Source of the DNA: a virus | DNA: 64,000 nucleotides | Reading direction: 5' to 3' (one strand) | IMG/VR virus record: IMGVR_UViG_3300005617_000004 | Span: 1 to 64,000 of that record | Part shown: positions 10,520 to 19,782 of the stretch, piece by piece | Layout of the letters: the number at the start of each line of letters is the position of its first letter | Position numbering within the stretch: the stretch's first letter is position 1 | Notes under the pieces: generated by a model | Databases searched by the model: none | What the model saw: the letters and a program-made list of their open reading frames with translations, nothing else | Told to the model about the DNA's origin: nothing | Position numbers and translations under genes: made by a program

Positions 10520-12082
10520 ATGAATCACGCCGCCCCCTCCCCGCGCGTTTACTCTCCCTATCAGGAGGCAATTTTCCGGGCTTTCACCGAAGGATCCGGC
10601 AACGTGGTTGTCGAGGCCGTCGCTGGCAGCGGCAAGACCACCACCCTCGTGGAGGCCCTGAAGCGGTGGCAGCAGGTCGAGGCGAACCGTGGCAAACGTG
10701 CGCTGTTCTGCGCCTTCAACAAGAGCATCGCCGATGAACTCAGCCGCCGCGTGCCGACGGGCGTGGATGCGAAAACGCTTCACGGGCTATCCTTTGGTGC
10801 GGTGATTCGCCGCTTCAAGGGCATCAAGGTCAACGATCGCAAGCTGCACGATACGGCCAAGGCCCTCGCAACCGCAGTGCTCGGCGACAAGGACCGTGAG
10901 CGTCTCCAGGAGGTGAGCGGCGACCTCGCCAAGGTCTACGGTCTGCTGCGCGGTACCATGACCCAGCTGTCAGACTCGGACGCGGTGGCGGACACCATCT
11001 CCAGCTACGGCGCCACACTCGACGCACCGGCGGATAGCCTGCCGCTGATCAGTGAACTGGATCAGATCATGCGGTCGGAGACGTCCAGCTGTACCTTCGA
11101 CGAGATGCTGACCTTCGTCATTGACCACAGCATCCCGATGCCCAAGTATGACTTGATCTGCGTGGACGAGAGCCAGGATCTGAATCGTCTTCAAATCGAA
11201 CTGCTCAAGCGGGCCTTGGCCCCTAGCGGGAGATTGGTGGCTGTCGGCGACTCGAAGCAGGCCTGCTATCTCTTCAGAGGGGCAGACGCCCGCGCGATGG
11301 AGCGCATCCGCGAGGAGTTCAACGTCAGTCAGGGCAACTGCCTGCCTCTTAGCATCACGTACCGTTGCCCGCGCACAGTGGTCGAGTTCGCCCAGCAATG
11401 GGTGCCGCACATCCAGGCCGCGGACAGCGCCGCGGTGGGTGAGGTCGTCCGGCGCACGGCCGAGGAGGTCAACGACACGTTGATGGGTCTGCCGCACGAA
11501 GCCATGGTGATCTGCCGCGTCAACGCTCCGCTGGTCGGCACCGCCCTGGCAATGATCGCGCGCGGCCGCAAGGCCGTGGTTCGCGGTCGCGACATTGGCA
11601 AGACCATCGCCAAGTTGGCCACCAAGCTGTCGCAGAAGGTTGCCAAGCACAAGATGGTCGGTCGCAACCGGGTCAGCGCCGACGAGATGGAAGGCTTGGA
11701 GGCGGAGGTCAAGGAATACCGCGATACCGAGGGCGCGAAGCTGATCAAGGCGCGCAAGGATACCCAGGCACAGCAGCTGGACGATCAGTGCGAGACGCTG
11801 TTGGCCCTGATGAGCGGTGTGGTCAGCATTCAAGCTCTCCACAGCCGGATCGAGCAGCTGTTCAGCGATGATCGGGTCGGAGTGGTGTTCAGCAGCATTC
11901 ACCGCAGCAAGGGGTTGGAGGCCAAGACCGTGGTCTGGCTGGCGCCTGAGAAGAACGATGCTATGGAAGAACGTGCCCGCAGCGACAGCGCTGCGGCGCA
12001 GGAGAGCAATTTGCGTTACATTGCGGTCACCAGGGCGATCGAAATGCTGATCGTGCAGCCCCTTCCTGAGAAGGAGGGGTGA
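10520..12082 (+). CDS. UvrD/Rep-like superfamily 1 helicase
   Basis: AVAGSGKTT, VDESQD, VGDSKQ..Y.FRGA, SIHRSKGLE, YIAVTRA motifs. Confidence 0.92.
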   Translation: MNHAAPSPRVYSPYQEAIFRAFTEGSGNVVVEAVAGSGKTTTLVEALKRWQQVEANRGKRALFCAFNKSIADELSRRVPTGVDAKTLHGLSFGAVIRRFKGIKVNDRKLHDTAKALATAVLGDKDRERLQEVSGDLAKVYGLLRGTMTQLSDSDAVADTISSYGATLDAPADSLPLISELDQIMRSETSSCTFDEMLTFVIDHSIPMPKYDLICVDESQDLNRLQIELLKRALAPSGRLVAVGDSKQACYLFRGADARAMERIREEFNVSQGNCLPLSITYRCPRTVVEFAQQWVPHIQAADSAAVGEVVRRTAEEVNDTLMGLPHEAMVICRVNAPLVGTALAMIARGRKAVVRGRDIGKTIAKLATKLSQKVAKHKMVGRNRVSADEMEGLEAEVKEYRDTEGAKLIKARKDTQAQQLDDQCETLLALMSGVVSIQALHSRIEQLFSDDRVGVVFSSIHRSKGLEAKTVVWLAPEKNDAMEERARSDSAAAQESNLRYIAVTRAIEMLIVQPLPEKEG

Positions 12083-12783
12083 CCGTGCCCAGCCCCTGTG
12101 TTCGAGATTTGACCGGGCAGACTTTTGGCCGGGTTACGGTGCTCAAGTTTCACGCCAGCGTGAAACAGAAGGCGCACTGGCTTTGCCGCTGTTCTTGCGG
12201 CACCGAATGGACAACTTCGGGGAACTCTCTGCTCAGAGGCAACACGCAAAGCTGCGGGTGTCTGCATAAGGAGAGAGCCGGTGATGCGAACCGGGTACAC
12301 GGGCATTCTCGTAAAGCACGGAGTAGCTACGTTAGTTGGCAGCGCATGAAAATACGGTGCTACAACCCGAACACCTTGGACTATAAAAACTACGGAGGTC
12401 GCGGAATCCGAGTGTGTTCCCGCTGGAGCGAGTTTGCCAACTTCTACGCGGACATGGGCGAGCGCCCGTTTCGCGGAGCGACGATAGAGCGGCTGGACAA
12501 CGGCAAAGACTACGGCCCTGACAACTGTGTTTGGAGTACCCGCAAGGCGCAGAACAATAACAAACGGAACAACCGCCTACTCACCGCTCAAGGGGTTACC
12601 ATGACCGTCGCCCAATGGGCGGAGGCTCGCGGGATACAGGCTGGGGCCATTCACCAGCGGCTCGTCCGATCCAAATGGACAGTAGATCAGGCGCTAGGGT
12701 TCGCGGACCCGCCGTTTGATCCCCACGCGCACAAGTCCTACGCGTCCTCTCGCGTCTATAAACCCTTTCCGCCGCAAGCATAG
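12079..12783 (+). CDS. HNH homing endonuclease-like protein
   Basis: DLTGQTFGR, WLCRCSCG, SCGC, YGGRGI.VC.RW, ERLDN...Y.PDNC.W; lower GC than neighbours. Confidence 0.85.
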   Translation: MTVPSPCVRDLTGQTFGRVTVLKFHASVKQKAHWLCRCSCGTEWTTSGNSLLRGNTQSCGCLHKERAGDANRVHGHSRKARSSYVSWQRMKIRCYNPNTLDYKNYGGRGIRVCSRWSEFANFYADMGERPFRGATIERLDNGKDYGPDNCVWSTRKAQNNNKRNNRLLTAQGVTMTVAQWAEARGIQAGAIHQRLVRSKWTVDQALGFADPPFDPHAHKSYASSRVYKPFPPQA

Positions 12784-12791
12784 AGAAGTAC

Positions 12792-13415
12792 ATGCCCACC
12801 GTCATCAACCCCCACCTGCTCACTTGCCGCAAGGACATCCCGCGCTGGCTCATGGCGTGCGGCTACAAGCATCTCTGCGAGGTCGGCGTGCGAGAGGGCG
12901 CCCACCTGAAGTCGTGGACCGCTGCCCAGCCCGAATCGCTGATCGGGGTCGACCTGTGGGCCAACGACGGCGTCCTTGCCCGCAACGACAAAGGTTTTAC
13001 CCAAGAGCGCATGGACAAGATGTTCAACGACCTGTCCGAGTGGGGTCAGACCTGCACGATGACCGAAGGCCCGTCGGTTATGCTGCTGCGTGGTGATTCA
13101 GCCAGGATGGCCGAAGCCGTCCTTGACGCGTCCCTCGACTTTGTCTACATCGACGCCGACCACACCTACGAGGCCGTCGCCAAAGACATCGCCGCGTGGT
13201 GGCCCAAGGTACGCGTCGGCGGCACGATCGGCGGCCACGACTACGTCAAGTGGACGCTGCCGAACGGGGTCAATTTCGGGGTGATCCAGGCGGTGACCGA
13301 GTTCGCTGCGGGGTTGGGGCTGACGGAACCAGTGTGGAACACCGGCGGGAGAATGGACCAAGGGAAGGACCACTACGCGTCGTGGTTCGTCACGAAGAAG
13401 GAGAACATGCCGTGA
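12792..13415 (+). CDS. class I SAM methyltransferase (Methyltransf_24-like)
   Basis: EVGV..G, DFVYIDADHTYE, GGTIGGHDY. Confidence 0.85.
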   Translation: MPTVINPHLLTCRKDIPRWLMACGYKHLCEVGVREGAHLKSWTAAQPESLIGVDLWANDGVLARNDKGFTQERMDKMFNDLSEWGQTCTMTEGPSVMLLRGDSARMAEAVLDASLDFVYIDADHTYEAVAKDIAAWWPKVRVGGTIGGHDYVKWTLPNGVNFGVIQAVTEFAAGLGLTEPVWNTGGRMDQGKDHYASWFVTKKENMP

Positions 13416-13573
13416 GCAAGCCGCCGAAAGAGACCCAGCTGCTGATCAAGGGCTTCGACCCGGAGCTCCGCACCCGCATGAAGGTGGCCGCCATCAAGGC
13501 GGGCAAGCCCTTGCGGGTGTGGGTGGCGGAGGTGCTGCTGGTGGCGGTACAGAAAGCGGAACGCGGGGGTTGA
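13412..13573 (+). CDS. ribbon-helix-helix/Arc-like DNA-binding protein
   Basis: QLLIKGFDPELRTRMKVAAIKAGKPLRVWV pattern. Confidence 0.6.
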   Translation: MSKPPKETQLLIKGFDPELRTRMKVAAIKAGKPLRVWVAEVLLVAVQKAERGG

Positions 13574-13622
13574 CGTCTGACCTATACCAGGGTATAGACG
13601 AGTACCACCTAAGGAGTCAGTC

Positions 13623-14189
13623 ATGGGTAAAAAGCGCCGCAACCCTACCGAAGAACCGAAGTTCTTGTCCACCACCGAGGCAAAGGCCGTGGTGGAGACG
13701 TACTTCGAGAAGGCCAAGAAGAACGCGGTACGGGCCGCGCTGTGTGGCGGGTTCGCCATGCAGCTGTACGGGTCGGACCGTCTGACCAAAGACATCGACT
13801 TCATGGCCGATGACCTGTTGTCCGATCGCCCCGCCGGCAACCTGAGCTTCGGCGGCGTGCGCTATGACGCCGGGGAGACGGTAGTGGACTGGATTGTCCG
13901 CGAGGATGAGCAGGATTTTCTGTATCAGGCAGCGCTGGAGGACCGCATGCGGGGCCCGAGTGGCTTCTGGATCATCCGGCCGGAATGGCTGGCCTTGATC
14001 AAGCATCTGGCGCGCCGTCCGAAGGACGAACTGGATCTCACGTACCTGCTCACCGCCCCCGGACTGGTCGACCGCAGCAAAGTGCTGAGCCACATCAAGA
14101 AGCATTTCGGCCGCGGGGCCTTCTCCACCATCGACGAACTGAAACAGGCCTTTTCCGAGGCCGATTGGCGTAAAACCAGGGGTGGCTAA
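13623..14189 (+). CDS. pol-beta superfamily nucleotidyltransferase
   Basis: GGFAMQLYG..R.T.DIDF and R.KD..D motifs. Confidence 0.75.
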   Translation: MGKKRRNPTEEPKFLSTTEAKAVVETYFEKAKKNAVRAALCGGFAMQLYGSDRLTKDIDFMADDLLSDRPAGNLSFGGVRYDAGETVVDWIVREDEQDFLYQAALEDRMRGPSGFWIIRPEWLALIKHLARRPKDELDLTYLLTAPGLVDRSKVLSHIKKHFGRGAFSTIDELKQAFSEADWRKTRGG

Positions 14190-14197
14190 AGAGGGGC

Positions 14198-14254
14198 TTG
14201 ACTCCCTAGGCTCTCCATAGTACCCTCCCACCAGCAACCCAGCCTAGAAAGGGC
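14198..14254 (+). promoter_or_regulatory. repeated promoter/operator plus GCCTAGAAAGGGC element
   Basis: TTGACT-17 bp-TACCCT; CTCCCTAG 14202, CTCCATAG 14213; element 14242-14254. Confidence 0.75.
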
Positions 14255-14260
14255 CCTACC

Positions 14261-14896
14261 ATGAAGCGCTACAACCTCGTCCTGCTCTGCGTGCTGTTCA
14301 TCCTCCTCTGCGCCGCTCACAAGAGCGTCGGAGCCGAGGACCTGATCGGTGCCCCGCCTACGGCCGACCAGAAGGCCCTCGACGACGCCACCGCCAAGGC
14401 CGCGGCTACCAAGCTGCCCCCGGCCGTGCAGTCGCTGATCGACCGGGCCGACGCCGCGGCAGTCAAGATCCAGGCGAAGGCCAAGGATGACGAGGGCAAG
14501 CTGCGGGCGGACCTCGTCGCGTCGCTGGCCAAGGCGCAGGCGGAAGCCACCAAGAAGGGCGACCTGTCGCTGGCCCTGGCGATCAAGGCCAGGATCGACG
14601 AGCAGGGGAAGATGGTGCCGGGGGTGACGGAGAAGCCCAAGGCCGAAGTGAAGTCAGAGCCCTTCAACGGCGCCTTCAGCTACTCGTTCCCGAACGGCCA
14701 CACCGGCTATATCGATGTTCAGCGCCCCTCGGTTGTGGACCGTTTGTCCGCGACGCGCGGCACAGTGACCCAGGAAGGCGCTACCTGGGTTGTTACGTGG
14801 TCGAACCAGACGCGCTGGGTGGTCCGGGAGCGCCGCGGCGAGTTCGCAGCCGAGTCATCGGACGGCATGTGCACCCTGGGGAAGGTTGCTCCGTGA
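14261..14896 (+). CDS. secreted protein with signal peptide
   Basis: MKR plus hydrophobic stretch, then Ala/Lys-rich helix. Confidence 0.7.
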   Translation: MKRYNLVLLCVLFILLCAAHKSVGAEDLIGAPPTADQKALDDATAKAAATKLPPAVQSLIDRADAAAVKIQAKAKDDEGKLRADLVASLAKAQAEATKKGDLSLALAIKARIDEQGKMVPGVTEKPKAEVKSEPFNGAFSYSFPNGHTGYIDVQRPSVVDRLSATRGTVTQEGATWVVTWSNQTRWVVRERRGEFAAESSDGMCTLGKVAP

Positions 14897-15723
14897 CGCT
14901 ACGCCGAGGACTTTCTTTCGGCGCGCGCCGCATAGGCGACTCCGTACGGGACAAGGTGCCCGAGCGACTGCTGCCCGATCCGCCCGCGCTGGGCGTTGTC
15001 ATCGGCACCTACGCGTCTGTGCCCTATGTGCATTTGCAGCTCGAAGCGCGTCAGCGCTTGTACCCGCAGATTCCGCTTCTGGTGCACGACGATCACAGCC
15101 ATCAGCAGGAGCGCCTAGCGGACTTGTGCAAGGAGTATCCAGGAACAGAGTTTGAATCCAATAGCTACCGGATGCCGCGCAACGGGCTTGGGGACTTGAC
15201 CGCGTTTCTCGGTGGCGCCCTCTGGGCCGAAGACCGCAAGATCGACTTGCTCGTCAAAATATCCCGCCGGTTTATCCCGCTCGTGCCTTGGACGTTCGGG
15301 CTCGTACACTTGGCGCAGAAGTCGCAAGGGGCCACGTACACGCACACGGACGCATCATACGGGCTTGGGTTCCGCAGTGAGTGCGTCGCACTCCATGTGG
15401 CTACTTGGCGTCGGCTCGGCCTCCTCGACGACATCCGGGACAAATGCTTGACGCACGACGAGCAATTCGTTGAGGGGTACATGCATGGACTCGCTGGACG
15501 CGCGTCTACGGGCTTGTGCCAGATCCACAACCAATGGGCGGATGATCACCCTGAAGAGAACCAAGGATTCGTTTCGTGGAATCTGCTGGGTGCGGGGCGG
15601 CTCGTCCCAGATCCTCAGGCGCTGTGGCATGATCGCGACGCTCCGGAGCGCTATCACGCGCAGGCGGTCTTCTGGGGTCTGCCCTACTCACTGGCCGATT
15701 TCCAAAACCCGAACGCAGTCTGA
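14893..15723 (+). CDS. glycosyltransferase-like protein
   Basis: GVVIGTY and LVHDD.S GT-A-like motifs; in modification cluster. Confidence 0.55.
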   Translation: MTLRRGLSFGARRIGDSVRDKVPERLLPDPPALGVVIGTYASVPYVHLQLEARQRLYPQIPLLVHDDHSHQQERLADLCKEYPGTEFESNSYRMPRNGLGDLTAFLGGALWAEDRKIDLLVKISRRFIPLVPWTFGLVHLAQKSQGATYTHTDASYGLGFRSECVALHVATWRRLGLLDDIRDKCLTHDEQFVEGYMHGLAGRASTGLCQIHNQWADDHPEENQGFVSWNLLGAGRLVPDPQALWHDRDAPERYHAQAVFWGLPYSLADFQNPNAV

Positions 15724-15731
15724 GACGCCTT

Positions 15732-16226
15732 ATGCACCAATCGCAGTATGATACCGTCGCACGACTGATGGACGCGCACTTCCAGGCCGGCTCTGGAAAG
15801 ACCGTGTACGACATTGGCTCCTATGACGTCAACGGCACACACAAGCCGGCGGTTTTGCAGCGCGGCTTCGCCTATGTAGGCGTGGACATCGCACCAGGGC
15901 CGAATGTCGACGTGGTCGTGTCGCCCTACTCCTGGGAGGGGTTGCCGGAGGAGGGCTGCGAGTACGTTATCAGCGGCTCGTGCTTGGAACACGTCGAAGC
16001 GCCTTGGCTGTGGGCAGCGGAACTTGAGCGACGTCTGCGGCCCGGCGGCGTGTGCATTATCCTGCTTCCCTTCAGCCTCGGAGAGCATCGGTACCCGGTC
16101 GATTGTTACCGGATCTTGCCCGACGGTTTGCGCTACTTGTTCACGAAGTGGGCCCAGCTGGAGTGTCTCACCTGCGGGTTCAATGCTAACGGACAGGACA
16201 CTTATTTCGTCGGGCACAAGCCGTGA
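15732..16226 (+). CDS. class I SAM methyltransferase
   Basis: DIGSYDVNG, GVDIAPGPNVD, LEHVEAPW, HRYPVDCYR. Confidence 0.85.
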   Translation: MHQSQYDTVARLMDAHFQAGSGKTVYDIGSYDVNGTHKPAVLQRGFAYVGVDIAPGPNVDVVVSPYSWEGLPEEGCEYVISGSCLEHVEAPWLWAAELERRLRPGGVCIILLPFSLGEHRYPVDCYRILPDGLRYLFTKWAQLECLTCGFNANGQDTYFVGHKP

Positions 16227-16894
16227 GCCGCTTCTGCTATCGTCTCCACAACGACGGCCTTGGCGACCACTGGGCCAGTCTCAACCTGCTCGCCCACATG
16301 TGTCACGTCGAGGAAGAGAAGCTCGCGTACAGCCACCCCGACCCCATCCTGCTGGCCCGCGCAGAGGTCATCCTGGACCTGCTCGACCTGCCCTGCCGCC
16401 ATCACATGGTGGGCTGGCTGAACGCCGCGCCTACGTTCGACCTCAACGGGTTTGACATCTGGGCGACACCCTACTTCCCAACCAAGCGTCGGTGGGACGT
16501 CAAACGTCGCGCCTACCCGTTCAACTTCATCTGTACCCACTTCGACGGCATCAGCTCCGCGGCCGACAAGAATCCGCCACCCCACGAGGTCGGAGAGATC
16601 CTCGCTTGGGCGCGGCACAATAAGCTGAGCGTCATCAGCCTCGACGCGTCCAAGCCCCTAAGCGAAGTAGTCGGCTTGCTGGCCAACTGCGCCCTGTTCG
16701 TCGGTTGCGACAGCGGCTTTTCTCACATTGCGCACAGTACAGGGACTCCATGCTATTTGCTTGAGTACCGGCTGCCCGTCGTCACCTGTCACCGCCACAA
16801 GAACTACGTGCTGTGCAAGGGCGCAGGACATTTCACCCAGCAAGCCGACAACTGGCTGCACTACCTGCGCACCATCGGCTCAATAGCCTCTTGA
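16223..16894 (+). CDS. glycosyltransferase family 9-like protein
   Basis: GLGD N-terminal and FVGCDSGFSHIA motifs. Confidence 0.7.
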   Translation: MSRFCYRLHNDGLGDHWASLNLLAHMCHVEEEKLAYSHPDPILLARAEVILDLLDLPCRHHMVGWLNAAPTFDLNGFDIWATPYFPTKRRWDVKRRAYPFNFICTHFDGISSAADKNPPPHEVGEILAWARHNKLSVISLDASKPLSEVVGLLANCALFVGCDSGFSHIAHSTGTPCYLLEYRLPVVTCHRHKNYVLCKGAGHFTQQADNWLHYLRTIGSIAS

Positions 16895-16961
16895 CACTCC
16901 GTAGTCGCTCCCTAGCTTCGCCATCCTCCCCACTCACCAACCATCACCCAGGAGTTCTTCC

Positions 16962-18059
16962 ATGGTCTGGACCCGCAAAGGCGCCACCGGCGCCGCACCT
17001 GCCACCGCTGCCGCATCGACTGGTGCGCCGCCCCCTCCCACCGCCGCACCGGCTGCGCAGGCAGCCCCTGCCCCCGCGGCCCTGCCCCCGGTGACCCAGC
17101 CTGCGGCGGTCGCTCCGGCCGCGGCACCAGCCGCCGAACCGGTCCGCCGCTCGCGTCGGACGGCCCCTGCCGCTGCGGCTCCCGAGCCGGCCGTCGCGAC
17201 TCCCGCAGCCCAGCCGGCTGCGCAGACCGCAGCCCAGCCGGCTGCGCAGACCGCAGCGCTCGCCGCCCCGCTGCCGGGCTTCCTGTCGATCCTGCAGCCC
17301 AAGAAGGCGGGTCCGTCGGCCCTGAGCCTGCTGGTCGACGGCCGCACCGCTGCGGGTGAGCCCAACATCTTCCCGACCGTCTACCTGACGGGCGGCGAGG
17401 GTGGTGGCCAGATGACGGCCCACGACATGAACCCGGAAGGGTCCGACGCGGACCTGCCGCTCGGCATCGACCCGCTGCCCTGCGTTCTGCTGGGCGTCCG
17501 ATTCGAGCTGATCGTGTGGCCCAAGGGCTATGAGCGTGGCGTCAAGCTGTCGCCGCGCGACAAGGCCATCATCGCCTACGACGAGGCCGAGGCGGTCGAT
17601 GCGCTGCAGAAGGCGGTCCAGCGGTACACGTTCCGCAACCGCGCGACCCAGAGCCAGTACGACGCGGTGGGCCACCCGACCATGAACCTCGAGATGCTGG
17701 TGTACGACCCGCAGGCCGGCCTGTTCTGCCTGCAGACGTCGGGCACCTACGACTCGGCGTTCAACACCGGCAAGGAACTGCTGGTGGCGTTCCCGATCGT
17801 GACCCCGACTCCGGTCATGATCCAGCCCATGACCTACCTGACGCCCGGATCGAGGACCCAGAAGCCGTGGCCCGAGCACTACTACAAGGTGGCGCAGGAC
17901 AGCAACAGCGAGGCGATGAAGCCGATCAAGGCCGGGTTCAACACGTTCATCCAGGAGAACGGCAGCGATCCCGAGCTGGCCAAGGCCATCTCGGCATGGT
18001 CGAAGCACACCCTGACCGATGGCATGCTCGAAGACCTGAGGCAGATCGCTACGCTCTGA
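16962..18059 (+). CDS. Ala/Pro-rich N-terminus protein, possibly ssDNA-binding/recombination
   Basis: own promoter motif (16891), GGAG RBS, terminator after; function only inferred from context. Confidence 0.6.
   Translation: MVWTRKGATGAAPATAAASTGAPPPPTAAPAAQAAPAPAALPPVTQPAAVAPAAAPAAEPVRRSRRTAPAAAAPEPAVATPAAQPAAQTAAQPAAQTAALAAPLPGFLSILQPKKAGPSALSLLVDGRTAAGEPNIFPTVYLTGGEGGGQMTAHDMNPEGSDADLPLGIDPLPCVLLGVRFELIVWPKGYERGVKLSPRDKAIIAYDEAEAVDALQKAVQRYTFRNRATQSQYDAVGHPTMNLEMLVYDPQAGLFCLQTSGTYDSAFNTGKELLVAFPIVTPTPVMIQPMTYLTPGSRTQKPWPEHYYKVAQDSNSEAMKPIKAGFNTFIQENGSDPELAKAISAWSKHTLTDGMLEDLRQIATL
17204..17257 (+). repeat. 24-bp tandem repeat x2 (AAQPAAQT)
   Basis: CGCAGCCCAGCCGGCTGCGCAGAC duplicated. 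Confidence 0.85.
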
Positions 18060-18087
18060 CGATTCGGCGTCTGACGCAATGAGTGCC

Positions 18088-18117
18088 GCCACCCCTTCGC
18101 ATGGAGGGGTGGCTTTT
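18088..18117 (+). terminator. intrinsic terminator
   Basis: GCCACCCCTTC-GCAT-GGAGGGGTGGC followed by TTTT. Confidence 0.8.
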
Positions 18118-18136
18118 GCGGTAGAGGAACCTGACC

Positions 18137-18580
18137 ATGGCCAAGAAAGTCAAACCCAATCTCGCTCGCCTGCTGAAGGCTGCGGCCTTCCTGGACACGT
18201 GGCCCAAGCGCAAGTTCCAGTACGACATCACGCGACAGTCCAAGGGCAAGAGCTTCGTGGCCTGCGGTGTCGGACTGCTGCCGGAAATCTTCCCGAAGCT
18301 GGTCGCGGCGGGAAAGCCAGCCGCACCGGGGCGATATCACCCCCTGATCGGCGACATCCCACTCATCCTCCGCGCCACCGGCAGGAAGGCCACCGGCAAC
18401 GGGAGTAAGCTGGCCGCCAGGATCTACGGCATCAGCGAGGCCGAGGTCAAAGGCATCTTCACCGCCGACTTTTGCTCCCCGGCGGATGGCGGCTACCTGG
18501 GCAGCGACACCACCCCCAAGCAACTCGCCTGTCGTATCCGCACCTACGTCACCTGGGTCAAGGAAGGACGCCCATCATGA
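18137..18580 (+). CDS. hypothetical protein
   Basis: GAGGA RBS, ATGA coupling to next gene. Confidence 0.6.
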   Translation: MAKKVKPNLARLLKAAAFLDTWPKRKFQYDITRQSKGKSFVACGVGLLPEIFPKLVAAGKPAAPGRYHPLIGDIPLILRATGRKATGNGSKLAARIYGISEAEVKGIFTADFCSPADGGYLGSDTTPKQLACRIRTYVTWVKEGRPS

Positions 18581-19425
18581 GCAAGCCCGTCACCACGACC
18601 GAGATCATCACGCCGACGCAGGCCGCCAAGTGGGTGCACCCGTCGGTCAACCGCGACAACCGGCCGCTGCGCGACTCGCAGGTCAAGTACCTCGCAGGTC
18701 AGATCCTCAGCGGCAAGTGGCAGCTGACCCACCAGGGTATCGCCTTCGCCGAAGATGGGCGGCTCGTCGACGGCCAGCACCGGCTCAACGCGATCATCAT
18801 GGCCAACCGGCAGGTGCAGATGATGGTCACCCGCAACCTGAAGGAGGAAGCCTTCCAGGTGGTGGACTGCGGCCTGAAGCGCTCGGCGCCCGACCGTATC
18901 CACCTCGTCAATGACCAACGGCAGAACATCACCATCTGCCACGCGATCAGCGTCTACATCAAGGCCACCAAGCGCGAGGGGCAGGCCATCGCCGTGTCGG
19001 AGATCGAAGACGAGTTCCTGAAGATGGCCGACGCGTGGCAGTGGATCGGCACCGAGTTCGTCGGCTGCTCACCCAAGCTGCGCCGCTCCGCGGTGCTGGC
19101 GAGCTTCGCGGTGTACCGGTTCGTCAAGCCGCAGCTGGCCGCCGTGTTCGCCGAGGGCTACAAGGGTGGCGCGGAGCTGCCGATCGACAGCCCGGTCATG
19201 CGGTGCCGCAACCAGTCGCTGGGCCTGGAGGGCGTCAACGAGATGACCTACTGGCGCGCTCAGGCGTGCATGCGCGCCCATATGCACGGCAAGACCCTGC
19301 AGTACGTGACCGCGGCGGTGGAGGACATGCTGGGCCAGAAGAACTCGGCGCGGCTGATCAACGAGCGGTCCAAGTCCCGCAAGGTCGGCGCCGACAAGCG
19401 GTGGGGCAAGGTGAAGAGCGCATGA
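18577..19425 (+). CDS. ParB/Srx-like N-terminal domain protein
   Basis: NRPL...V, THQGIAF..DG.LVDGQHRL.AI. Confidence 0.75.
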   Translation: MSKPVTTTEIITPTQAAKWVHPSVNRDNRPLRDSQVKYLAGQILSGKWQLTHQGIAFAEDGRLVDGQHRLNAIIMANRQVQMMVTRNLKEEAFQVVDCGLKRSAPDRIHLVNDQRQNITICHAISVYIKATKREGQAIAVSEIEDEFLKMADAWQWIGTEFVGCSPKLRRSAVLASFAVYRFVKPQLAAVFAEGYKGGAELPIDSPVMRCRNQSLGLEGVNEMTYWRAQACMRAHMHGKTLQYVTAAVEDMLGQKNSARLINERSKSRKVGADKRWGKVKSA

Positions 19426-19494
19426 CCGACCCCACCCATACCCGCCGCAACACCCTGATCCGGATTCCGCGCGGTACCATCGTTCAGGTGCTGG

Positions 19495-19526
19495 CCGACA
19501 AGTCCGACAAGTCCGACAAGTCCGAC
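19495..19526 (+). repeat. 9-bp tandem repeat (CCGACAAGT) x3.5
   Basis: encodes DKS DKS DKS in a small ORF 19422..19610. Confidence 0.85.
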
Positions 19527-19782
19527 GCCGGCACCTACATGGTGGAGCTGCTGGAGGACGTCGAGGTGTACCTCGGCAGCAGCTGGCGCGTCCGGAAGCA
19601 GGACCCATGAAGAAGCGTAGAGGGCGGCCGCGCGCCGACTCGAAGTGCCGCCGGGTGAATCTGGTCACCCGCGTGCATCCTCGGACCCAGGCGTGGCTCA
19701 AGTTCACCTCGAAGCGCAACCGAGTGAGCCGCGGCGTCCTCATCGACCGCATCGTGTCCTGGTGGATGTGGAAGAACCGGCC

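Noticed and set aside
636-16920. Repeated motifs as a CRISPR array (with Cas4-like gene at 19783)
   Set aside because: Copies are kilobases apart and lie in promoters; no repeat-spacer periodicity and no cas operon.
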